Sequence record: SRR31156797_1377
Reading direction: 5' to 3' (one strand)
Length of the DNA: 20,000 bases
A model generated the notes under the pieces. That model was not told where the DNA came from and did no database searches. It was given only the letters and a program-made list of their open reading frames with translations. Below, in pieces: positions 9,972 to 17,710 of this stretch. Position 1 is the stretch's first letter. Each line of letters starts with the position of its first letter. The position numbers were made by a program, and so were the translations under genes.

Positions 9972-9990
9972 TATTAGAATAATTCTAAAT
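9972..9990. promoter_or_regulatory. Putative Fur-family box (7-1-7 TTAGAAT-A-ATTCTAA)
   Basis: Perfect 7-1-7 repeat at 9974-9988. The minus strand reads ATTTAGAATTATTCTAATA, 17/19 to the ATTTAGAATTATTCTAAAT Fur box I recall for Flavobacteriales. It lies 4 nt upstream of the -33 element. Confidence 0.6.
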
Positions 9991-10029
9991 TAATCATCAC
10001 TTTTTATATAAACTTCCTGTAAATAAGCT

Positions 10030-10059
10030 TTTGGAGTATCAGGCAAAAAATTATTTTTG
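10030..10059 (+). promoter_or_regulatory. Bacteroidota promoter for the amidase operon
   Basis: TTTG (10030-10033), 18 nt, TATTTTTG (10052-10059), upstream of ATG 10104. Confidence 0.6.
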
Positions 10060-10103
10060 TGGCTATAAGCAGATAAACTAAGGCTATTGTTAAAGAGGGA
10101 AAA

Positions 10104-11081
10104 ATGAAGATAAATTGGTTCGTATTGATATGTATGGTGTTTTTCTTTGTGCAAATACAAGCACAAAGTAGTTCTGAAATAACATATGTAGCTCCTCGGA
10201 ATGGTGAGGGTTTAACGGCTTTTTTATTTCGGAATAATTTAAATACCAATATCTTAAAGGATGAATTTTTTAAGATAAATGAAGGACGTTTCGGTAAAAA
10301 CAAATCATTACTCAAAGGAGTGAAATATAAGATTCCAACGGGCGACGTATTCTTGAATGAACCATTGTATGGAAAAGAAAGAGAAAAGTTTAAGAAGGAA
10401 TCTGATGATTTAAGTGGTGCAGTTTTTCATCTGGTGAGTGGACATGGAGGTCCAGATCCCGGAGCACTTGGAAAATATGGAGATAAAACTTTGGCCGAAG
10501 ATGAATATGCCTATGATATTACTTTGCGCCTGGCAAAAAAACTGCAGGAAAATGGAGCGATTGTTCATATGGTTATTCAGGATAAGAATGATGGAATCAG
10601 AGATCAATCATATTTAGCGATGGATAAGGATGAAGTTTGTATGGAAAAAACGATTCCCCTTGGGCAAAACGACCGTTTAAAGCAACGAACAGAAGCTGTT
10701 AATCAACAGTACATTAAATATAAATCCTCTTTTCAGCGCTGTGTAATTATTCATGTAGATTCGAGAAGTAAAGGAAAGGCCATTGATGTATTTTTTTATC
10801 ATGCACCCAAAAGTAAATCGGGTAAAAAAACGGCTGAAGCAATTCTAAAAGTATTTGATGAAAAGTACAATAAGCATCAACCGTCCAGAGGTTATTCAGG
10901 AGTAATTAATAGTAGGAATTTATACTTACTAAGAAAAACTTATCCTTCAGCGGTATTTGTTGAATTAGGAAATATCCGTAATTTTCGTGACCAACAGCGT
11001 TTTATTCTGGAAAACAACCGACAGGCTTTGGCAAATTGGATGTATGAAGGCTTGTTAAATGATTTTAAAGCAAATAAATAA
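10104..11081 (+). CDS. N-acetylmuramoyl-L-alanine amidase (Amidase_3) with signal peptide and degenerate LysM-like N-domain
   Basis: Zn ligands and catalytic residues SGHGGPDPGA, EDEYAYD, IIHVDS, VFVELGN; signal peptide ...IQA|Q; LysM-like segment GEGLTAFL...IN...LLKGVKYKIP. Confidence 0.9.
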   Translation: MKINWFVLICMVFFFVQIQAQSSSEITYVAPRNGEGLTAFLFRNNLNTNILKDEFFKINEGRFGKNKSLLKGVKYKIPTGDVFLNEPLYGKEREKFKKESDDLSGAVFHLVSGHGGPDPGALGKYGDKTLAEDEYAYDITLRLAKKLQENGAIVHMVIQDKNDGIRDQSYLAMDKDEVCMEKTIPLGQNDRLKQRTEAVNQQYIKYKSSFQRCVIIHVDSRSKGKAIDVFFYHAPKSKSGKKTAEAILKVFDEKYNKHQPSRGYSGVINSRNLYLLRKTYPSAVFVELGNIRNFRDQQRFILENNRQALANWMYEGLLNDFKANK

Positions 11082-11143
11082 ACTATAGAGAAAATAAGTA
11101 AGGGTTTGTGAAATTCTTACATCTAACGAATTAAATATATAAA

Positions 11144-12043
11144 ATGAAACCAACTTTATTAGTATTAGCTGCCGGAATGGGTAGTCGTTATGGCGGATTA
11201 AAGCAATTAGATACGCTAGGGCCGAATGGAGAATCGATTATTGATTATTCAGTTTATGATGCTATTCAGGCCGGATTCGAAAAAGTAGTTTTTGTTATTC
11301 GTCATTCCTTTGCCGATCAGTTTAAGGAGCGTTTTGATCCAAAACTGGCAGGTAAAATCGAAGTTGAATATGTTTATCAGGAATTAGATAAGTTGCCGGA
11401 AGGTTATAGTGTGCCGGAAGGTAGAGAAAAGCCATGGGGTACTGGTCATGCTATGCTAATGGCAAAAGAAGCCATTCAGGGACCATTTGCCATTATTAAT
11501 GCAGATGATTTTTATGGCAGAGAGGCCTATCAGGCGGTGGTTGATTTTGTTGAACAAAGCAAAGAGGAAACAGAATATGCGATGGTAGGATATGCTTTGG
11601 ATAACACGCTTTCGGAGCATGGAACAGTTTCAAGAGGAGTTTGTGAAACAGATGCAGAAGCGAATCTGGTGAATATTATTGAAAGAACGAAAATTGGTTA
11701 CCTCGACGGTAAAGTAGTTTACTGGGAAGATGAAAAAACGACTGAGCTTACAGGTAAAGAACCAGTATCAATGAATTTTTGGGCATTTAAAAATTCATTT
11801 TTTGCAGCACTGGAAGAAGGATTTTTAGCATTCCTTGAAGAACGAGGAAAAGAACTAAAATCGGAGTTTTATTTTAATGCTTTGGTAGATACGATGATAA
11901 AAGCCGGAAGAGCTTCAACAAAAGTATTGTCGAGTGATGCCAAATGGTTTGGAGTTACCTATCAGGAGGATAAGCCTATAGTTCAGGCCAGTTTACAGGC
12001 CTTAATTGATAAAGGAGTTTACCCAGAAAATCTTTGGGGATAA
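11144..12043 (+). CDS. Sugar-1-phosphate nucleotidyltransferase (NTP_transferase family)
   Basis: LAAGMGSRYGGLKQ signature, KPWGTGHA, INADDFYG. Confidence 0.9.
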   Translation: MKPTLLVLAAGMGSRYGGLKQLDTLGPNGESIIDYSVYDAIQAGFEKVVFVIRHSFADQFKERFDPKLAGKIEVEYVYQELDKLPEGYSVPEGREKPWGTGHAMLMAKEAIQGPFAIINADDFYGREAYQAVVDFVEQSKEETEYAMVGYALDNTLSEHGTVSRGVCETDAEANLVNIIERTKIGYLDGKVVYWEDEKTTELTGKEPVSMNFWAFKNSFFAALEEGFLAFLEERGKELKSEFYFNALVDTMIKAGRASTKVLSSDAKWFGVTYQEDKPIVQASLQALIDKGVYPENLWG

Positions 12044-12057
12044 AGCAAAGAATAGTT

Positions 12058-12097
12058 ATCGGTAAGCAGTTGTCAGAAAAAGTAGCTGCTTACTGGT
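12058..12097 (+). other. Intercistronic RNA hairpin (stabiliser, processing site or weak terminator)
   Basis: ATCGGTAAGCAGTTG (12058-12072) pairs with TAGCTGCTTACTGGT (12083-12097): 15 bp including 4 G-U pairs, with no U-tract. Confidence 0.6.
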
Positions 12098-12116
12098 TAT
12101 TAATAACTGAGTTAAT

Positions 12117-12635
12117 ATGACAAAACCTGAAAATGTACTAAAGTACTGCCCCAAGTGCGGATCTAATCAATTTAATTTTGAAGGAGAAAGATCATTCCTT
12201 TGTCAGGATTGTGGTTTTCACTTTTTTATTAATTCATCTGCAGCAGTGGCTGCCCTAATCGAAAATGAAAAGGGAGAGTTGATGCTGACCATCAGAGCAT
12301 TTGATCCGGAAAAGGGAAAGCTAGATCTTCCTGGTGGTTTTGTCGATCCCAATGAATCTGTTGAGGATGCTTTAAGAAGGGAAATCAAAGAGGAACTAAA
12401 TCTGGATATTATTAAAATGGATTATTTAACCTCTTTTCCGAATGAATATGTTTTTTCGGGATATTCTGTGTTTACTTCGGATTTAGCATTCCGTTGTCAG
12501 GTTAAAGGTTGGGACCATATGCACATTCAGGATGATATAACGGATGTGGTTTTTGTGACACAAGAAAATATCAATTGGGATGAGGTTTCTGCGAATTCAA
12601 TAAAACGCATCATTAAGGCTCATTGGGAACTGTAA
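12117..12635 (+). CDS. NUDIX hydrolase with N-terminal zinc ribbon
   Basis: YCPKCG...CQDCG zinc ribbon; Nudix box GGFVDPNESVEDALRREIKEELNL. Confidence 0.92.
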   Translation: MTKPENVLKYCPKCGSNQFNFEGERSFLCQDCGFHFFINSSAAVAALIENEKGELMLTIRAFDPEKGKLDLPGGFVDPNESVEDALRREIKEELNLDIIKMDYLTSFPNEYVFSGYSVFTSDLAFRCQVKGWDHMHIQDDITDVVFVTQENINWDEVSANSIKRIIKAHWEL

Positions 12636-12777
12636 ATTGAGTTTTACCTTTTTTTGGTAGCCAATTACTTTTAAAATCATTAAAAAATTAACCTTTCTTC
12701 TGTTAATTTGTTAACAAACTGCTGTTTTTTTAGCAATTTTGCAATGATAAGTTTTTACACACAAATCATATAAAAGA

Positions 12778-14070
12778 ATGAATCCGCAAGCACAAGAATT
12801 AAACGATGTAATTAATTCAAAAAATCCTGTTGTATACGAGTTGTTGTCGCAAAAAGGGAAGCATATATTTTTTCCTAAAAAAGGGATTTTAGGTCAAACG
12901 GCAGAAGCAAAAGGAACTAAAATTAATGCCACTATTGGAGCTGCAATCGAAGACGACGGTAGTCCGATGCGATTAGAGTCAATAGCTTCAAAAATTGATA
13001 TGGATCCATCAATGTCTTTTCCTTACGCACCAAGTTTTGGTCGTCCGGATTTACGTGCTAAGTGGAAAGAAATGATCTACGAAAAAAACAGTAGTTTAAA
13101 GGGTAAAGAATTGAGTTTGCCGGTTGTTACCAGTGCACTTACGCATGGAATAAGCATGGCGGGTTATCTTTTTATGGATGAAGGAGAAGATGTGATTGTT
13201 CCTAATTTATTTTGGGGTAATTATAACCTGGCTTTGGTAAATGCTTACGGTGTTAACCTGACTAAATTTAACTTGTTTAAAAATGGCGGATTCGATACAG
13301 AGGCTCTAAAGGCAAGTTTAATGACTGAGGGAGAAAAGAAAATATTGATTTTAAATTTCCCAAATAATCCAACAGGATATACACCTACTTTTGCAGAAAT
13401 GGATGCGATTACAGCAGTGATAAAAGAAGCTGCAGAAGCAGGTAAAAAGATTGTAGCTATTACAGATGATGCCTACTTTGGGTTGGTGTTTGAAGAAGGA
13501 ATTGCCAAAGAATCCATTTTTGCCTATTTATCAGATTTACATGAAAATGTGCTGGCAGTAAAAATTGATGGAGCCACGAAGGAAGATTATGTTTGGGGAT
13601 TTAGAGTGGGCTTTTTAACCTATGGTATGAAAGGTGCGGATGCCGACTTGTATCATGCCTTAGAAATGAAAACGGCTGGTGCGGTTCGTGGTAATATTTC
13701 CAACTCGTCTAATTTGAGTCAGTCTTTGTTATTACACGCTTTCGAAGCTCCGGATTATCAGGAGCAGAAGCACTCGAAGTTTGTGATTATGAAAACCCGA
13801 TATGAGGCTATTAAAGAGGTGTTGAAGGATGAGAAATATAAGACGTATTTTACCGCTTTGCCATATAATTCAGGGTATTTTATGTGTATTCAGCTAAAAG
13901 AAGGAATTGATGGGGAAACAGTACGCGATATCTTGATTAATAAGTATAGCATTGGTATTATTAATTTAAATAATATCCTAAGAGTTGCTTTTTCTGCCAT
14001 GGCAGCTTCTGATGCTAAAGAATTGTTTGATGGAATTTACGGAGCTTGTAAAGATGTGACTGCAAGCTAA
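12778..14070 (+). CDS. PLP-dependent aminotransferase class I/II (PRK08637-like, probable aspartate aminotransferase)
   Basis: NATIG, LNFPNNPTGY, TDDAYFG, PLP-lysine segment IDGATKEDYVWGFRVG, NSGYF, LRVAFS. Confidence 0.88.
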   Translation: MNPQAQELNDVINSKNPVVYELLSQKGKHIFFPKKGILGQTAEAKGTKINATIGAAIEDDGSPMRLESIASKIDMDPSMSFPYAPSFGRPDLRAKWKEMIYEKNSSLKGKELSLPVVTSALTHGISMAGYLFMDEGEDVIVPNLFWGNYNLALVNAYGVNLTKFNLFKNGGFDTEALKASLMTEGEKKILILNFPNNPTGYTPTFAEMDAITAVIKEAAEAGKKIVAITDDAYFGLVFEEGIAKESIFAYLSDLHENVLAVKIDGATKEDYVWGFRVGFLTYGMKGADADLYHALEMKTAGAVRGNISNSSNLSQSLLLHAFEAPDYQEQKHSKFVIMKTRYEAIKEVLKDEKYKTYFTALPYNSGYFMCIQLKEGIDGETVRDILINKYSIGIINLNNILRVAFSAMAASDAKELFDGIYGACKDVTAS

Positions 14071-14091
14071 AAGATACTTTAAGGAAATACT

Positions 14092-14132
14092 AAAAGGAGT
14101 TATCTGCCAGCAGTGCAAGTAGCTCCTTTTTT
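14092..14132 (+). terminator. Intrinsic terminator after the aminotransferase
   Basis: AAAAGGAGTTA (14092-14102) pairs with TAGCTCCTTTT (14120-14130) with one G-U pair and runs into a T-tract. Confidence 0.7.
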
Positions 14133-14196
14133 CTTTACGGTATTTCTTTCATAAACTCGTAGAAATAAATTAGCTTTAAACAGTAATTTATACACT

Positions 14197-14826
14197 ATGG
14201 AAGCACAAAATCAATTTTTGGAGGAACGGGAAGAGGTAGCTCTTTTTATGCGACGGTTGTATAGTAAAAACCTAACAACCAGTTTGGCAGGTAATATTAG
14301 TAAACGGGTAGGTGAGCATATCTTAATATCTTCCACAGGAGTGGATAAAGGTATGTTAAGGCCAGAGCAGGTAGCTATTTTGGATATGAATGGAAATAAT
14401 CTGACACCTCATTTAAAACCAAGCATGGAAACGATGATGCATATCCAGATTTATGAGGATCATCCCACAATTAATGCAATCGTTCATTGTCATACAATTT
14501 TTGCATCTGCTTTCTCAGCGATGGATATTCCAATTAATGCACGATTAATTGCTGAATCCAGAATGATTATAAAAGAACCAGTTGTCGCTCCGTATGGTTT
14601 GATGGGTTCCAAAGAGCTGGCTAAAAATGTGAGTGATACATTTGCAGAGAATAAAGTGCTGATTATGGAGAATCATGGTGTTACTGCTATTGGTTCTGAA
14701 ATGATTAAGGCCTTTAATCGGATTGAAGTGTTAGAAAATGCGGCAAAAATGACTTTTATTACGCACTTAATGAATGAAGAAAGAAGTTTATCGGATGATC
14801 AGTTAGAGCAGTTGGATAATTTATAA
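14197..14826 (+). CDS. Class II aldolase/adducin family protein (FucA-like)
   Basis: GNIS, KPSME (catalytic Glu), Zn ligands VHCH and NHG, final EVLENAAK. Confidence 0.9.
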   Translation: MEAQNQFLEEREEVALFMRRLYSKNLTTSLAGNISKRVGEHILISSTGVDKGMLRPEQVAILDMNGNNLTPHLKPSMETMMHIQIYEDHPTINAIVHCHTIFASAFSAMDIPINARLIAESRMIIKEPVVAPYGLMGSKELAKNVSDTFAENKVLIMENHGVTAIGSEMIKAFNRIEVLENAAKMTFITHLMNEERSLSDDQLEQLDNL

Positions 14827-14841
14827 AATGGTTTTTCCAGG

Positions 14842-16836
14842 TTAATTGTAGAGAGAAGTGTTTAAGGGATGTGTAAAGAAAAACTCGGAACCTTTATTTA
14901 TTTCGCTTTTAAACTCTAAGGCACCACCAAGTAACTCAACCATATTTTTAGCAATAGAAAGTCCAAGTCCGGTGCCTCCTAACTCCGTAAAATGCTGGTT
15001 GCCTTCCTTAAAAAAGCGATCAAAAATAACCTTCGATTTATCCATGGATATCCCATGCCCGGTATCTTTTACCGAAAAGATTAAGTGCTTGTTCAGTTTG
15101 TCAACGGAGAAAATAACACTTCCTTCAGTGGTAAATTTGATGGCATTTTCAATCAGGTTGCTTAGTATTTGTTTTAGTCGGGTTGGGTCGGTGTAGATTA
15201 CCTGCTCCACATCCTGCGAAATGATATAGTTTACTTCAAGATTATTACCCTTAATTTGTTTTGATTTTAGCGAGAAGTTATGGTAAAGATTATCGAAGAG
15301 TAGATAAATATCAACGGGTTCTTTTTTTATGGATATTTCTCCTACCTCAATTTTTGAAATATCAATGATGTCTGAAATAATTCTGAGTAATTGTAGTGAA
15401 TTATCTTCGATTATCCTGGCGTATTTTTGTTTGTCAGCATAAGGTATGTCATTTTGCTTTAGTAAATCAGAAAAACCAATTATTCCATTCATTGGCGTTC
15501 TGATTTCGTGGGACATATTTGAGATAAATGCGGACTTTAAGCGATCGCTTTCTTCAGCCTTAACTTTTGCCAATTCTAATTCGTGGTTAATCTTCTCTAT
15601 TTGAGTATTTCTGTCTTTTAAGATTTTGTTTTTTTCTTTAAGTTTTCGCTGATTAGATTTTAGTTTTTTGGCAGTTTTAATTAAATCATTGTAAATGATT
15701 TCTTTTTCATCAATTTCTTTTTTTAATACTTGATTCGAGATTGTAATTTCTTTCGTCTTTTTTAAGATGGCAAATCTAAGTTTGTAGTTGAAAAATAAAA
15801 TGATCACTACAGATGTAATTAAAATGCAAAGGAAAATTCCCAGAATCTTAATGAGGTTATCCTGAAAGCTCACCTTATTCTGAATAAAATCCTGGTAAAG
15901 AAAATTGTCCAGATTGTAATCTTTTTCTAATAGACCAAGCTGAACGTAGGTGTTTGCCATGTGCTCCCACCTGGCTTTGTGCATATATCCAATTTCAACA
16001 AAATTAGGTAAGATATATTCTTCCATCTTTCGCGCTTCGTATAATAGCTGATCTTTATTGGCATCAGGATTGTATTTCTGAAGAATGATGTCTGCTGTTT
16101 CTTTTTTGTTGTGCATAGCATAAGCCCAGCCTTTGTAGGTAGCTCGTAAAAATGCTTCCACCTTATCCGGATTTTTATTCAAATAATCTTCTGATGTAAA
16201 CAAGCAATCTCCGTAAAAATCTATTCCATATGAAAGGGGAGAAATAATTACCGGATGATAACCTCTTTTTTTTATCTGATAAGGAAGGTCGATAGCGTAA
16301 CCGTCAATAATTTCGTACTCGCCGTTTACTAAACCCGATACACGATCATTGCGGTGAGAAACCTCTATCTTGTTTTCTATTTCCTCTTTATTAATCAATG
16401 CTTTTAATGTGTACAGTCCATGTTCCGAAAGTCTTACCTTTTTATCCGAGAAATCTTCAATTTTATTTATCCCATAATTGGCAAGCGTAATAAAGGCTTC
16501 TGGTGAATGTTGGAAAATAGCACCCAGCACCACAATGGGTTGGCCCTGATTTTTTGCAATCATTAAATGTGGAGAGTGAACTCCTATTTGTGCTGAATTA
16601 TTAACTACCCTTTCAATCGAGTTTGTGCCTTGAATTCCTTCGAATAATTTTACATGTAAACCTTCTTCCTGGTAATAGCCATTTTCTATGGCCGCATAAA
16701 AGCCTGCAAACTGAAATTGATGAGTCCAGTTCAATTGAACATTGATAGTGTCTGTGTTTGCTGCAAAGCCGGTTGGCAAAAAGAAGACACTTAAACCAAT
16801 GAAAACAAGTATTTTTTTTATTAGGCTAATTGGCAT
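14842..16836 (-). CDS. Sensor histidine kinase with periplasmic NMT1/THI5-like (ABC substrate-binding) domain; no receiver domain
   Basis: Signal peptide; [48 protein letters not shown] and [12 protein letters not shown] (NMT1/THI5-like); TM; coiled coil; H-box [13 protein letters not shown]-box [22 protein letters not shown]. Confidence 0.92.
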   Translation of the reverse strand: MPISLIKKILVFIGLSVFFLPTGFAANTDTINVQLNWTHQFQFAGFYAAIENGYYQEEGLHVKLFEGIQGTNSIERVVNNSAQIGVHSPHLMIAKNQGQPIVVLGAIFQHSPEAFITLANYGINKIEDFSDKKVRLSEHGLYTLKALINKEEIENKIEVSHRNDRVSGLVNGEYEIIDGYAIDLPYQIKKRGYHPVIISPLSYGIDFYGDCLFTSEDYLNKNPDKVEAFLRATYKGWAYAMHNKKETADIILQKYNPDANKDQLLYEARKMEEYILPNFVEIGYMHKARWEHMANTYVQLGLLEKDYNLDNFLYQDFIQNKVSFQDNLIKILGIFLCILITSVVIILFFNYKLRFAILKKTKEITISNQVLKKEIDEKEIIYNDLIKTAKKLKSNQRKLKEKNKILKDRNTQIEKINHELELAKVKAEESDRLKSAFISNMSHEIRTPMNGIIGFSDLLKQNDIPYADKQKYARIIEDNSLQLLRIISDIIDISKIEVGEISIKKEPVDIYLLFDNLYHNFSLKSKQIKGNNLEVNYIISQDVEQVIYTDPTRLKQILSNLIENAIKFTTEGSVIFSVDKLNKHLIFSVKDTGHGISMDKSKVIFDRFFKEGNQHFTELGGTGLGLSIAKNMVELLGGALEFKSEINKGSEFFFTHPLNTSLYN

Positions 16837-16854
16837 GTTGAATACTTAATCGGT

Positions 16855-17268
16855 TTATAATGTTGCCCAAATTCGAGCCAAAGAATGACCGGGAGCATCA
16901 ATTTTTAAATCCAGAAAGTAACCGAATGGTGTTTGGTATACTTCATGTTCGCTGTTTTCTAATCGTTTTTGTGCTGCATTTAGTAAATCGAGTGTAAAAG
17001 CTGATGTTGCTTTTGATTCTGATAAATGTGCAAAGGAATGCAAAATGACACGTTTAGAATTATTTTTGCGGGCAGTCCATTTTAAATGATTTACCAGTTT
17101 TTTTTCGCGGCTAATTAAACTTTGCTCTTCATCAGTTTCTTCTACTTGAATAAAAGCCAAAATAGCATCCGTAATTACCTTGGCATCTCCTGCTGGCGGA
17201 GCATCAGGTAGATTTTGTATGCTGGCATTATATTCGAAGCTGTTAACGTAAAATACAAGTACTTTCAT
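16855..17268 (-). CDS. Free-standing archaeal-type threonyl-tRNA synthetase editing domain (tRNA-Thr_ED, DTD-like fold)
   Basis: AFIQVEETDE, ILHSFAHLS and PFGYF...GHSLA align colinearly with the archaeal ThrRS N-domain motifs AFISVE..DE, VYPFAHLS and APFGYYK...GHPLAE; 137 aa with no synthetase domain. Confidence 0.85.
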   Translation of the reverse strand: MKVLVFYVNSFEYNASIQNLPDAPPAGDAKVITDAILAFIQVEETDEEQSLISREKKLVNHLKWTARKNNSKRVILHSFAHLSESKATSAFTLDLLNAAQKRLENSEHEVYQTPFGYFLDLKIDAPGHSLARIWATL

Positions 17269-17550
17269 TATAAAGATCCTGATTTAGGTATGTGCAAAAT
17301 TGAAAGCACAATTTTACTAAAAATGATTTCATCGTATGTTATCAATTTTTAAAATATGGTGGATGGGTTTATTTACTTGGTTAATTGATTGATTAGTTGT
17401 TCAAAAGAATATTTAACTAAATTGGAAAAGTAATTAGTAATATTTCATCATGTTAATGTGGGTGAAAAGTGCCATTTGTAAAGGGAGGGAGTAGTTTAAA
17501 GCATAGGTATAAAAAACGTTTTTTGAAAAAAAATAAGCAAATAGCAAAAA

Positions 17551-17587
17551 AAGATGTTGACATCTTACATTTATGGTTGTAATTTGG
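17551..17587 (+). promoter_or_regulatory. Putative promoter of an intergenic transcript, with an overlapping 7-2-7 palindrome
   Basis: TTG (17557-17559), 20 nt, TAATTTGG (17580-17587; one mismatch to TAnnTTTG), with an A-tract upstream. AAGATGT-TG-ACATCTT spans 17551-17566. Confidence 0.5.
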
Positions 17588-17592
17588 GGTTA

Positions 17593-17710
17593 GTAAAAAT
17601 GCTCTCCTGGTCCCCAATAATAGGAACATTCAAAATGTGTGTGAGGTTTAGGTTAGTTTTTTTAGAATGTTTCCGATGCCTGTCTGTTCTAAGACAGGCT
17701 TTCTTTTTTT
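17593..17710 (+). ncRNA. Candidate small RNA (~120 nt), family not recognised; 5' end approximate
   Basis: Own promoter; stem GGAACATTCAAAA (17623-17635) / TTTTAGAATGTTTCC (17660-17674) enclosing a G/U-rich loop; strong terminator; the downstream gene has a separate -7 element. Confidence 0.5.
17678..17710 (+). terminator. Orphan intrinsic terminator (no annotated + strand CDS upstream)
   Basis: Perfect 8-bp stem GCCTGTCT (17678-17685) / AGACAGGC (17692-17699), 6-nt loop, followed by TTTCTTTTTTT. Confidence 0.85.

Noticed and set aside
5496-10607. Short ORFs 5496-5780, 7119-7313, 7994-8197, 8723-9010, 9110-9301, 10004-10315 and 10410-10607
   Set aside because: Overlap confident CDS in antisense or alternative frames; no protein-like features.
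14842-16836. TPP riboswitch or thiamine operon suggested by the NMT1/THI5 domain
   Set aside because: No CTGAGA-type TPP aptamer core seen in the 17269-17752 spacer and no thiamine genes nearby.
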